From contig JAGIQG010000003.1 of the NCBI GenBank assembly GCA_024679065.1, forward strand, positions 106,516,001-106,580,000: a DNA stretch of 64,000 nt, read 5' to 3'. The notes under the pieces were generated by a model. It saw nothing but the letters and a program-made list of their open reading frames with translations, ran no database searches and was not told the origin of the DNA. A program made the translations under genes and the position numbers. The DNA is from Sphyrna mokarran. Lineage: Eukaryota. Within the stretch, counting starts at the first letter, position 1; each line of letters starts with the position of its first letter. Shown here one piece after another: positions 14,200 through 25,899 of the stretch.

Positions 14200-15830
14200 G
14201 AGGGTGATTCCCCACTCTGAGTCCTAATTGATACCCAGGCCAGGTCACACTTAATCTGTTATGCTGCCCTTAAAGATATAATTACCACACAGATCTTTTA
14301 GAGAACTAAATAGTTTAATTCCATATTTTTTTCCACAACTCTGAAAATTAGACCTAATATGTCCAATTGCATTTTGAGAGTTCCAATGGAATCTGCTGCC
14401 AGCAATCATTCATTCAAAATTTTAATAATGCTTTTGATGATGGGTGATGGGATACTGTCTATCAAGGTCAGCACCCAGATTGGCAATAAGTTTATAGTCT
14501 CCACGATGTTGGATCAACTTATCGGCTTAAGGACAGGAACAACAGATGTAGCCCACTCCGTGAACTGTACGGGTCTTATTGTGCCCAGCTTTTCCTGGTA
14601 TTCCAGTTCTAACTCCACTTTTTCCAGAAAGGAAGATGGAACTAATATCTCTCTAAAATATTTAGGCATAGCATCAGGGGATCTTAGCTTCAGCTCCCTT
14701 ATTTTTCAAACTCCTTCTTGGAAGACTTTGGGACACTTATTGATGAGTTCATACAGTCCCTCCCCCCACCCCACACACAGCCTGAAGATATCCAATCATT
14801 TCATTTTGATGTGTTGGAGCCAGTTTCTTCCCATAAGACTAGGTCTTATCCCCATTCAATGATGAGTTGAAGTTGAGCTGACTGCTACCTATAAGTCACT
14901 AGAAATGCTGTGCTGCATTCTGCAATGCCCACCCCACCCACCCGTGAAGGTTGGCCATTCTAAGTTCAGGAGATGAATACCAACCCAAAGGCTGCTTCCT
15001 AATAACAGAGACTGCAGCCTCCATATCCACTTGGGTGACCATTTTCTAACACCTCCACCATTATGGGGGCAACCTTTATTATGGAGACATGATTTAATTA
15101 CTTTGCCTTCCTGGTTGTAGGCCAACCTACAAGTAATGATCCAACACTAACCCTGGCCTGTTTTTGAAACAGCATGTGTTTTGACTGTTCCTATAGTTTA
15201 ATCTTAGTTGTGGTCTTCTGCAGCATTTGCAATTGTCCATCATCCGGCATCTACAACATTTTCCTATGCTACCTAGATGTATGAAGGCTAGCCGTGACAT
15301 TCCTTGACTGCCCAGTGATGTGATTTGGAATCCACTATTGTAGGGTATTATGAGATATTTTACAATACCATTGCTGTTAGTTGAGGGATGGACATTGCAT
15401 GAGACCTGCCCGTCCTATCAAAGAACAATGCTATCTGACATCCCCTATAGTTCCTGAACTCCTTTTGCTATGTTCTCCAACGATAGAGCTAGCTCAATGC
15501 CCTTTTTTAGATTCAAATTGGGTTCTGCCAATAATATTTTTTGGGCTGTTACATTGTTAATTTCACAGACCAATCTATCTTGAAACATGTCATTCAGGAG
15601 TGGCCCAAATTCACAGTGCTCTATCAATTTTTGTAACCTGATCAGAAATTCAGTGGCAGATTCCTAAGAAGTTCACCTGCCATGTTAATGTGGTATCACT
15701 GGAGTATTTTGGAAAGTTTTGTATCACAGTAACCTTTAACAAAGCCTACTAATTCACTAAAGGTTTTGGAGTCAGGGGCATATAAAAATATGCTTTTTTC
15801 AATTGGGAAATAATGTTGTTCTTATGGACA
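14200..15830 (-). mobile_element. Degenerate Gypsy LTR retrotransposon (gag, protease, start of RT)
   Basis: ORF 15445..15627 (EHCEFGPLLNDMFQDRLVCEI...QKILLAEPNLNL) is gag-like; minus frames near 14550-14830 give GRNWLQHI and VQFTEWATSVVPVLKP (WAxPxVPVxK RT start). Confidence 0.75.
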
Positions 15831-16029
15831 ATGGTCTTTAGTGGCTTTTCCCATCACTAACATTGGACTGATTGGCTTGCAATTATCAGATTTATTCCTC
15901 TTTTGTTTTGAATAGGGGTGCAATATATGCAATCCTTCAATTCAATTTGATCACTCCCACAACTAAGGAGATTTGAAAGATTGTTGTTAGAATTTCAGTT
16001 ATCTCCTCTTTAGCTTTCCTCAGCACTGC

Positions 16030-16345
16030 AATAACGCTCTAAAACCTCTTTGACAGCACCTCTCAATCCAACTAGAAAGGCAAGGGTAGCAAATGCATGG
16101 GATTGCTACTTCTATGTTCCCTGCCAAGTCACACACCACTCTGACATGCAAACATATTACCATTACTTCATTGTGACTGGTTTAGAATCCTGGAACTCCG
16201 AAACTAACAACATTGTGGTAATAGCTTTTGCTACATAGATAGTAATAGTTCACGCAGGTGGCTCAACACCACCTTCTCAACGCTAAGTAGGGATTGCCAA
16301 TAAATGCTGGCCTAGCCAGTGATGACCACATCCCATGAAATAATA
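16030..16345 (+). mobile_element. 3' end of a non-LTR LINE family; same family as minus-strand copies at 51.1-51.9 and 62.0-63.0 kb
   Basis: Ends caccaccttctcaa...aataaatgctggcctagccagtgatgaccacatcccatgaa, the reverse complement of the left ends of those copies. Confidence 0.65.
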
Positions 16346-16359
16346 CATTTAAAAAAATG

Positions 16360-16590
16360 TTGGCCAAGGAAAATTCCATCACTCTTCATACAATACTATC
16401 AAATTTTTTAATATCTATCTAACACAGCAGATGATTTAAGATCATGTTCAAAAGATAGCACTCCTACAATGCAATGCACACTTAGTACTGTGTCAGCCTA
16501 GATTATTGGCTTAAGTCTTTGGAGTGGAACTTGAACCCAAGATCTTCTGATTTGGAGTGGGAGTGCTACTACATGTTTAAAGCCAACAAA
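16360..16590 (-). mobile_element. Deu-domain SINE 5' part
   Basis: ggagtggaacttgaacccaagatcttctga (reverse B-box) and cagcactcc..gtcagcctagat match the 35.6 kb copy. Confidence 0.6.
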
Positions 16591-17039
16591 GCCATATTGC
16601 ACAAAGTTAGAATCATTTTGCATTTACAACAAAAGTTAACCAATTCAACTCGATATCTAAATGCAAGGACACTTGATTACTCTCAGGAAATCACTGTGAC
16701 TATATAAAATCAATGAGAGCAAAATAGCTGATCAATCATCTCTACAAGTGAAAGGAATGGGAAAAACAAACTTCTTCGGGACTAAACATTCCAGATTAAG
16801 CATATTAATTATCTAAAACATAAAATGGGTAACATCTGTCTTGTTTAAATGTTCATGATGGTTTGTAGTTTGTAGGTTATGCATCCATTAATTAAATTAT
16901 TCAAAATGTGTAATCAAACAGACTGCTATTTGGTATAAGAATCGTAACAGGCTACCTAAGAGGCTCTGCATATTTGATGATTGCATTTGATGATTGCAAT
17001 CTTGTTTTTTGATTATAACTTTACATTTTTATAAAATCA

Positions 17040-17765
17040 TCTTGGAACTACAAGTGTGGATGTAGTTTGGCTGGTTGTTGAGGAAGACTCTCCCTGTCAG
17101 CCCTATCTACATACCTGGAATCTCAACTATTTGCACATTTTGCGGTGAGGAAGTGACAGTTGAGCATCCTTTTGTTGAATGTGCCTTTGCAAAGAAGGTT
17201 TGGAAAGAGATATGGTGGTTTTTGTCAAGATGCATCCTAAGCGGTTCTGAGATGTTGGACTCTATGCGTTTTTGACTGTTTCCAGAGCCACACAAAACAA
17301 ACATCAACTGCAGCTGGGGGAATCATCATTTTGGTGAAAGATACTCTTGGTCTGCTCAGAACCTGTTGGTCTTCCAATGTGAAGAGTTGTCCTTGACTGA
17401 CAATCCAGGACAGAAAATCCAGGATTATATGCTTGGGGAAACTGTTGCCGAGGCACAATGAAGAAAAGTACTGTCTAAGATCTTTCAGCTATAGTGCAAT
17501 GAATGACATTGACTGTACGCAGTGAATATTACACATATTGAAGCACTTCAGGGTGGAACATGATCTAAGTAGGCAACTTAAATATCATTGTTCTTTCTGT
17601 AATGACCGTTTTGAAATGCTGTAAATGTTCCTTTTATTGTATTAAAGCACCTCAGAGTGCAAAATGACCTATGTAGAAAACTTGAATATTATTGCACTGT
17701 GATGGTCATTTTGGTTGGCGTGTTCTTTCAGACATTTTATAAATGAAGTATGTTTGCAAAAAAAT
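17040..17765 (+). mobile_element. L1/Tx1-clade LINE 3' end with zf-RVT motif and A-tail
   Basis: ORF 17075..17275 has CTFCGEEVTVEHPFVECAFAKKVW (CxxC..E..EH...C..A..VW); ends ataaatgaagtatgtttgcaaaaaaa. Confidence 0.7.
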
Positions 17766-17797
17766 TGTTAAAAATACAATTCTTAGTTATAGCTTAC

Positions 17798-17874
17798 CAT
17801 AATGTAGGAGGCATTAATATAGTCAGTTCCCTTTGTTCCAGGTAACGGTGCAAGGCCTACCCGAGCTCGTTCAG
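17798..17874 (-). CDS. PTPRG: PTPRG exon: (S)[25 protein letters not shown]
   Basis: 77 nt; ttttcAG / GTaagc; DYINAS motif. Confidence 0.94.
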
Positions 17875-17982
17875 CTGAAAAATAGGATAAGTTCACAACT
17901 GTTTCAGGTAAGAATGTTGGTTCAAAAATAATTACATTGCACTCAAGCGTATGGTACCCTCTCCCAAATAAAAATGTTAAAG

Positions 17983-18612
17983 ATCCAGAATTTTACAGGT
18001 TCCCAGGAGAGGGTGAAAAATCAGGTGAGGTGGCTGGAGAAGGCATTTTACAAGTGCCAGGCAAGATAGTGGGTAAATGGTTCTCCCAACCTTAGCTTCA
18101 ATAAGGCCCTTAAATGGCAAGTTAAGTATTTTACCAGTGTTGGGTGGGTATTTCACTATATGGAGAGACTACTAGGTATAATTTTGCAATTTCCTTGCAG
18201 TCTTCTGGTTGGGGAACCTTCTGTACTGTGTCCCATGGAGTTTCTCCTTCTCCCCCACACCTAGGCAAGGGCCATCACCTCCTGCTGCAACCCCTGCTTA
18301 CCCTCACAAATAACGCACATCCACCCTGCTGGGGCCAACTTAATGTGATTCAGGATTTCGCCCGTTGATGCTGCTGGTTGATTCATTGTCTGTGGCCATT
18401 GCTCCCAGTGGCACTGCTGGGATAGAAGTCTGCTGACCATCCAATTGGCTTATAGTCCACGGGGATGGAACCTTGTCCCTTAAAAGGGAAACCTGATTGC
18501 AGGTAATTAAATGTACATTTTATGTAAAATTGGGTCGGATCCTATAACTGGCTGAAGCAGGATTACTCCCCAACTTTCAGACAGTAGGCTGGTTCACTGT
18601 AAAATCCTGGCC
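17983..18612. mobile_element. Non-autonomous DNA transposon / MITE (probably PIF-Harbinger)
   Basis: Terminal inverted repeats ccagaattttacag (17985) and ctgtaaaatcctgg (18597); GC-richer interior resembles 56.1-56.7 kb. Confidence 0.55.
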
Positions 18613-18963
18613 AGGATGCTGTTCAATAAACTAAAATTTCATCTTGAAAACGTTTGGTCACAGCCTTGCTGATTTCAAAATTAATTTTACAACATGGTTA
18701 TATAGCAGTATTTGTAAAAACAATGTGAATTTTATAGCTACTTTAACCACATAAATCAGACTTGTATGCTTAGCATAACTGAAGAGGTCAAAAATGCGTA
18801 AAGAATAAATTTTTAAAATAATGTTTTTCACTTTCCAATCAATAATTGTGAAGTCTTACTGCCAAGGTACTTAAGGCTCTTACAATTAATCTTCAAATAT
18901 GAAAAATACTGAGTTATAAATATGTCACTTTCTCACTAATCCCCAAAGCAGAGGTTATCTTAC

Positions 18964-19057
18964 ATGGCACAACTGAGGAGTTTCTGTTCTTCTCTTTATT
19001 GCATTCTTTCTGGGCACTGAAGCACTCTATAAATTTTGCATTACACTGAGTTACCAA
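18964..19057 (-). CDS. PTPRG: PTPRG exon, D2 start: [31 protein letters not shown](S)
   Basis: 94 nt; tttacAG / GTaaga; missed by the ORF track. Confidence 0.93.
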
Positions 19058-21521
19058 CTGTAAAAAAGATAGAGTTTAAGGGAAATCAGTGCAGAGTCAA
19101 TATTGATAATTCAGTAGCAGATCTCTCAAATAGGAAAAATTGATAAAAACCATTTATGATATCACAATATTCTACCAATACTTTGCTTGTTGAAATATAA
19201 CCCAAATGAGAAACATAAACTGAAATTAGCACTAAGACCACTTATCATTTCTATCCTAAAATGAGAAATATTTAATGCTAAAAGAAATCCCAATATCCAG
19301 GAGAAGAAAATATAAAGGCATATTTAACAATTTGGATACACAATAGACAGAGGCAATTTTTCCCCCACGACTGTTTAAGAGTCAATTGTTCAGCATTCCC
19401 AAATAACAAAACCAAATTTACCATGAAATTTTCAGGTCTTATCTTTGACTTGTCCCAGTTTTGGTTGGTAATCAGCAGAAATCCAATATTAACGTGAAGT
19501 GAGTTATATTAGACAGTTGAATCCTTAGGATAAATTGAGTATCCACATTTTAAAAGGAATGCTGGGTGAGCAATTTATTTCACGTGGCACTGCTTCAAGT
19601 GTAGGCAGCTTTCTGAACTGCCTATGTGACCTGCGTCATGTTCTTCATTAATGTCATTGAAGAATGCCATGCAGGTAGTTACTGCCCCTTGGGAAATCAA
19701 TATAGTCTGTGTATCACCACTACAAACACTGCTTTGCAAATGAATTTCTACTCCCCTAATCATAGCAGCCACAAGTGTAGTGGTGCATCTGAACATAATT
19801 GACACTGTTCAGTTGTCCAAACAAAGTTAGCAAAACACTTGTGAAAACTGCACTTCTTTAATTGTGTTGAGCAGAAACAAAACTCATGAAATATAATCTC
19901 AATGAAGCTTGTATTTGAAGCAAAAATGGATGATAAATGATCCAATATCACTGCAGTGTGCCAAGAATTACTAATAGCTTGAAGGCGATGAGGTTGCCCT
20001 TATGCATAAGGACAAAGAAGATGGAAACTAGCAAGAGATATGTAGGCCAGATCAAAGAAGTGTGTGCACCATTTCTTAGACATCAGTGCCTTAAATATCC
20101 CAGTAAATGACGTTTTATTTTTGTCAATAAAAAATATTGAAAAAAAGATTGCAAAGTGGTCTGTTTCAAGGTAGCTTTCAAAAGGAATATTAAATGCAAG
20201 ACATTGACCACATGCCCAGACCAATTGGAACAAGATATTGTTTGAATAGACTGACTTCCTATTTATCAATCAAAACTAGGTTCATCCGAAATGGACCATG
20301 TTTCACATTGAAGAACACCACATCATTTTAATCTTTCAGGTCTCTGCCTTCTATGAAGTTGTATCCTCTCTTTGCCTGCATAGAGGGAATGTAGAAAATT
20401 ATGGGTGTGAAACATGGCTTGTGTGGATAGGAAGAAAAACATTTGTGATGTGAGGCATTACTGGAAGAGGGCAATAGCTTGAAGGTATTCAGATGGGGAT
20501 GGAAGGTGCTTGGTAACAGAGAAATAAATGCTATTGCAAATTATGTTGATTTGAGGAATCTGTGCAGAAGAACGGGAAATGTAGAGTGCAGCTTAGCTCC
20601 TGAAAGCGTTATGCCAATCATCTTCCCTGCCCTCCAAAGGTCCAATGTCTCCAGAATGGAGGAATTACGGTTTTGTTGCCAGCTTCTTTGATCGCTTTCA
20701 TTCACAACTTTTTATTTACTATTCATTCATTAATGGGATGTGGCGATTGGTGGCAAGCCCAGTATTTGTTGTCCATCATTAATTGCCATTCGTTTGAGAC
20801 GTTATTCCACTCCTGTCCTTGGCAAACATCACTTCACTTCAATCCCTCCGATTCCAAAACAAAATCTCCAAGTAAGGATAAGAGACCCGAAAGATTAGCC
20901 ATCCCAACAGATTCCTGATCCTATAAATGGTGCCATCGTTTTGGCAGAGTCTGCCTTTGACAGAGAAATTTCTGCTCCATGATTCTAAGGCAAGTTTTGA
21001 GACTACCAAACAATTTTAGCACTTCATGCCCAATTTAATACCTTAGTCATATGCAGGTTTCATGCAGGCAAAGCAGATTTACTGATCAGTAGGTTTGTTA
21101 AAACTTTTTGATATCCAAATTTAAACATCAACAGTCCATCACCATTTAGCAAAGCGAAGATGAAGCATCTCAATCTCAGTGAAGTTTAAGGCACAGAAGC
21201 ATGGTTTGTGAAACCTCTATCTTGGAGATTTATATTTATTTCTTAGTTATCTACTTCAAGTGTTTCTATCAGTTGAGTTAACCCATTCATCTGGGAATCA
21301 GTGCTTGATGCTATCACATACAAAGGATACAACAAAACATAATTTAACATTGCACATTTGTTAACAGAAAGGAAACTGGTCAAACACTTGTGAAGACTGA
21401 ACCAGTCTAGGAGGTGAAATGGAGAAGTGCTGACAGCACTGAACTACTAGTTATCTATGTGGAGAAGACCTTTTAGTGGTAACCACAAGCTGCCCAAAAC
21501 ATATATGTAGCTACAGCCATG

Positions 21522-23803
21522 AATCATAGAACATAGAACAATACAGCACAGAACAGGCCCTTCGGCCTTCGATGTTGTGCCGACCAAAATAAAAAGCAAA
21601 GCCCCTCCAAACTAAACCATTCCCTTCTCTTCCATATACTTATCAATTAACCTCTTAAACGCCACCAAACTTGGCGCATCTACAACAGCTGCAGGCAGGG
21701 CATTCCACTCCCTAATCACTCTTTGAGTAAAGAACCTACCTCTGATATCCGTCCTATAACTCATACCCCTTAATTTAAAGCTGTGTCCCCTCGTGCTAGC
21801 TTTCTCCATCCTAGGAAAAAGGCTATCACTGTCCACCCTATCTAAACCTCTAATCATCTTATATGCTTCAATAAGATCCCCTCTTAGCCGCCTCCTTTCT
21901 AACGAAAACAACCTCAAATCCTTCAACCTCTCTTCATATGACCTGCCCTCCATACCAGGCAACATCCTGGTAAACCTCCTCTGTACCCTCTCCAATGCTC
22001 CACATCTTTCTTATAATGTGGCGACCAGAACTGCACACAATACTCCAAGTGCGGCCGCACTAGAGTTTTGTACAGTTGCAACATGATGCTGCGGCTCCTA
22101 AATTCAATCCCCCTACCAATAAAAGCTAAGACTCCATATGCCTTCTTAACAACTTTATCCACTTGACTGCCTACTTTCAGGGATCTATTGACACATACAC
22201 CAAGATCCTTCTGTTCCTCAACACTATTAAGAGCCCTACCATTAGCCCTATACTCTACACATTTATTGTTCCTGCCAAAGTGCATTACCTCACACTTTTC
22301 CACATTAAACTCCATTTGCCACCTCTCGGCCCAGCTCTGCAACTTGTCCAAGTCACTCTGTAAACTATAACACCCCTCTTCACTATCTACCACTCCACCG
22401 ACTTTAGTGTCATCTGCAAATTTACTGATCCATCCCTCAATACCCTCATCCAGATCATTTATAAAAATTACAAACAGCAGGGGCCCCAAAACAGACCCCT
22501 GAGGCACACCACTCGTCACCGAACTCCACGATGAATATCTCCCATCAACCACCACCCTCTGTCTTCTATCTGCCAGCCAATTCCTAATCCAATAGCTAAA
22601 TCACCCTCTATTCCACACATCTGCATTTTCTGTAGAAGTCTTCCATGGGCCACCTTATCAAACGCCTTACTAAAGTCCATATATACTACATCAACCGCCT
22701 TACCCCCATCCACCTCTCTGGTCACTTTCTCAAAAAACTCAATGAGGTTAGTAAGGCATGACCTACCCTTCACGAAACCATGCTGACTATCCCCAATCAA
22801 TTCATTTCTCTCTAAATAACTATAAATCCTATCCCTAATAATTCTCTCCAATACCTTGCCCACAACAGAAGTAAGACTCACTGGCCTATAATTCCCAGGA
22901 AGGTCTCTCTTCCCCTTCTTAAACAATGGGACCACATTCGCCATCCTCCAGTCCTCCGGAACCACACCCGTAACCAACGAGGACCTGAAGATCAGAGCCA
23001 GAGGCTCTGCAATCTCCTCTCTTGCCTCCCAGAGAATCCTAGGGTAAATCCCGTCCGGCCCAGGGGACTTATCCAACTTCAAACCCTCGAGAATTTCTAA
23101 CACATCCTCCCTATCTACTACAATACTTCCCAATTTGCAACCCTGTACCTCAGTGCTCTCCACAGCTACATTTCCAGCACTCTGCGTGAATACCGAAGAG
23201 AAATATTTATTCAGTGCCTCACCAATCTCTTCAGGCTCCACGCACAACTTCCCACTGCTGTCTATGACTGGCCCTAATCTTGCCCTAACCAATCTTCTAT
23301 TCTTAACATATCGAAAGAAAGCTTTAGGATTCTCCTTAATCCTATCAGCCAACATCTTCTCGTGTCCCCTCTTAGCTCTCCTCAATTCACTTTTTACCTC
23401 CTTCCTGGCTAATCTATAGCTATCCATTGCACTAACTGAGCCTTCAAGCCTCATCCTAACATAAGCCTCCTTTTTCTTCTTAACCAGCAAATCAACTTTT
23501 TTCGTACACCAAGGCTCTCTTACTCGTCCATTTCCTCCCTGCCTGACAGGGACATACTTATCAAGGACGCGCAGCAGCTGCTCCTTGAATAAGCACCACA
23601 TTCCAGATGTTCCCAGTCCCTGTAGTTTCCTAGTCCAATCTATGCACCCTAATTCTCTCCTGATGGCCTCATAATTACCCTTCCCCCAGCTATAACTACT
23701 GCCCCCAGCTTCATGCCTATCCCTGTCCATCACTAAGGTGAACGTAACCGAATTGTGGTCACTATCACCAAAATGTTCACTAACTTCCAAGCCTAACACC
23801 TGG
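21522..23803 (-). mobile_element. Young 5'-truncated CR1 LINE (ORF2 endonuclease end + RT), two frameshifts
   Basis: ORFs 22516..23799, 21923..22555 and 21612..21995 carry SDHN, KSPGPDG, NYRPVSLTS, QHGF, DFSKAFD, GVPQGSVLGP and FADD; 3' stem-loop plus (ttctatg)n tail. Confidence 0.95.
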
Positions 23804-23810
23804 ATCCTCA

Positions 23811-24999
23811 GATGGATATTAAGAATGAAGCAGATACAATCGGTGAATCTTGTCCCCCCTCACCTACTCCGGAGAGTTTGGTGATGGGGAGAGAGGGGAG
23901 GCACTTATTTGGCAGGAGAGTGGCAAGTGGGGAACCTGCTACTTGCCTACCTCCACCCCAATTAAGTCTGTGGTAAGAAATCTTGTGGATGACCTTCCCA
24001 ACCACTTGGCAGTATTTGTTTATTGCACCGGAACAAATTGAACATGGCACAGGCTTCCTGGTTGGGAATGGGGGGGTGGGATCTGCTTGTGCCCCCAGAG
24101 TTGCCAACTGAGGCCCTTCACAATGGTAATTATTGCTCAAACTTGTCCTCAACTGAACTATTCAACTTCAGTCCTCAACTGAACTATTCAGCAGCAAATC
24201 TGACTGAATACTATAGCTCACTTGGGATATTAAGAGGGAATCCGTCCTGTTCACTTCAGACAGTAAAGCAGAAAGCGAAGCAGAGCAGTAAACCCGATGA
24301 TGGAGAGACACAACAGTCCTGAACACATCTTCTGCAAAACCAAATGTTGCTGGCCGCCAGTATGATTGGCTGATTGTGCCAAAGCATCTCATTTGTGTTA
24401 GCTGATGTTCAGCCATCAGTATCAATGCAGAATATACAGTGTACAGCAGATGAAATATTGGTACACCATGATATGCTAAATCTAGAATAGGTGCTGTATT
24501 CAGCTTCACAAAATCTATAACTTAGCTACTGACACCTCATGTAAAATTCCTCTAAATTATATTGCCAGGAAGCAACAGAAGACACATGTCCTCTACACCA
24601 ATCCCTATTGTTATTTAATAACACATGAATGAAATAGCTAAATGTATCACCTATTTTTCCACCACTGAAGTTGGAGAATGGTATTAAAAATGAAGCAAAT
24701 AGGTGAATCTTGTCCCCCCTCCCACCCTGCCACTGGAGAGTTTGGTGACAAGGAGAGAGGGGAGGCACTTAATTGGGCAGGACAGTGGCCTCTTGGCTAC
24801 CTCCACCCCAATTAAGTCTGTGATAGGAAATCTTGTGGACAACCTTTCCAACCACTTGACAGTACTTGTCTGTTGCACGGAACAAATTGAACATGGCACA
24901 GGCTTCCTGGTCAGGGGTGAGAGGTGGGATCTACGATCTGCTTGTGCCCCCAGAGTTGCCAACTGAGGCCGTTTACATGGATAATTATTCTTCAAACTT
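23811..24999. repeat. Diverged direct repeat of about 330 bp (23811-24143 and about 24677-24999)
   Basis: Shared blocks ggtgaatcttgtccccc, ctacctccaccccaattaagtctgtg, ggaacaaattgaacatggcacaggcttcctgg, gatctgcttgtgcccccagagttgccaactgaggcc. Confidence 0.9.
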
Positions 25000-25642
25000 C
25001 ACCTAATTTCAGCGGTTAATCCAGAGGGGAGTGGGGGAGACGCACCATGTGAAAAGTGTGATTAGCAAATCCTGGCATGTTTGCTTGTAGTTTCTTTTGG
25101 AGTCTGTTTTCAAACGCATTCAAAGTCTGGTGAGAGGACTTCGCATCAAAAGAAGGGGTCACCATTGGAAGCCATTCCCTTTCATTTGTTATACACAAAT
25201 CTTAATTAAAACCTAATCAGACTCAGATTGGCTTGAATTTTGTATCCAAGTTTGTTTTTGACCATATTGTCACAATGACAAATTCAATCTATTTGGTTTT
25301 GATGTTCATTTCAATAGGAACCGATTAAATACACTAAGGCAACTCAACTTAAGATTTGACCTGGTTCATGACACACTATAACTTAAGATGGATTTAAAGA
25401 AAACATATTGCATGGGAAAGGTCACAGATTTTCACAACATAACATAGCACAACTACATTGCTAATAAAAATATACCTGAATGTAAAAATATTTTAACATT
25501 TACATGGAGGAAGAACAAATCAAAACTTATTTGATCATTCATAGTTTTAAACTTGCTGACTGGTGAAGGTTAGAATCTAATAGATCATGAGGCCTGAGAA
25601 TCTGCTTTTCCTCTAGTCGCTGCAGGTCCCCTGGTGACAAGG

Positions 25643-25899
25643 AGCAGCACAGTGGTATAGTGGTTAGCACTGCTGCCTCACAGAGCCAGAGATCCAGATT
25701 CGATTCCTGGCTTGGGTCATTGTTTGTGTGATATTTGCATGTTTTCTACATGTCTGCATAGGTTTCCTCTGACAAACTGAAAGATATGCTGGTTAGGTGC
25801 ACTGACCTGAACTCTAGGCACTGGAGTGTGGTGGCTAGGGGAGCTCACAATAACTTTATTGCAATGTTAAGCCTTACTTGTGACTAATAAATAAACTTT
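25643..25899 (+). mobile_element. tRNA-derived V-SINE (HE1-like head)
   Basis: A-box gtggttagcactgctgcctcacag, B-box-like gattcgattcc, tail cttacttgtgactaataaataaacttt. Confidence 0.8.

Noticed and set aside
14359-14862. 167-aa plus-strand ORF
   Set aside because: Antisense shadow of the Gypsy pol relic
24145-24190. 20-bp direct repeat as a CRISPR-like array
   Set aside because: Only two units with a 6-nt spacer, in eukaryotic DNA; a simple micro-duplication
25643-25715. tRNA gene
   Set aside because: A/B-box head continues into a SINE body; no complete cloverleaf
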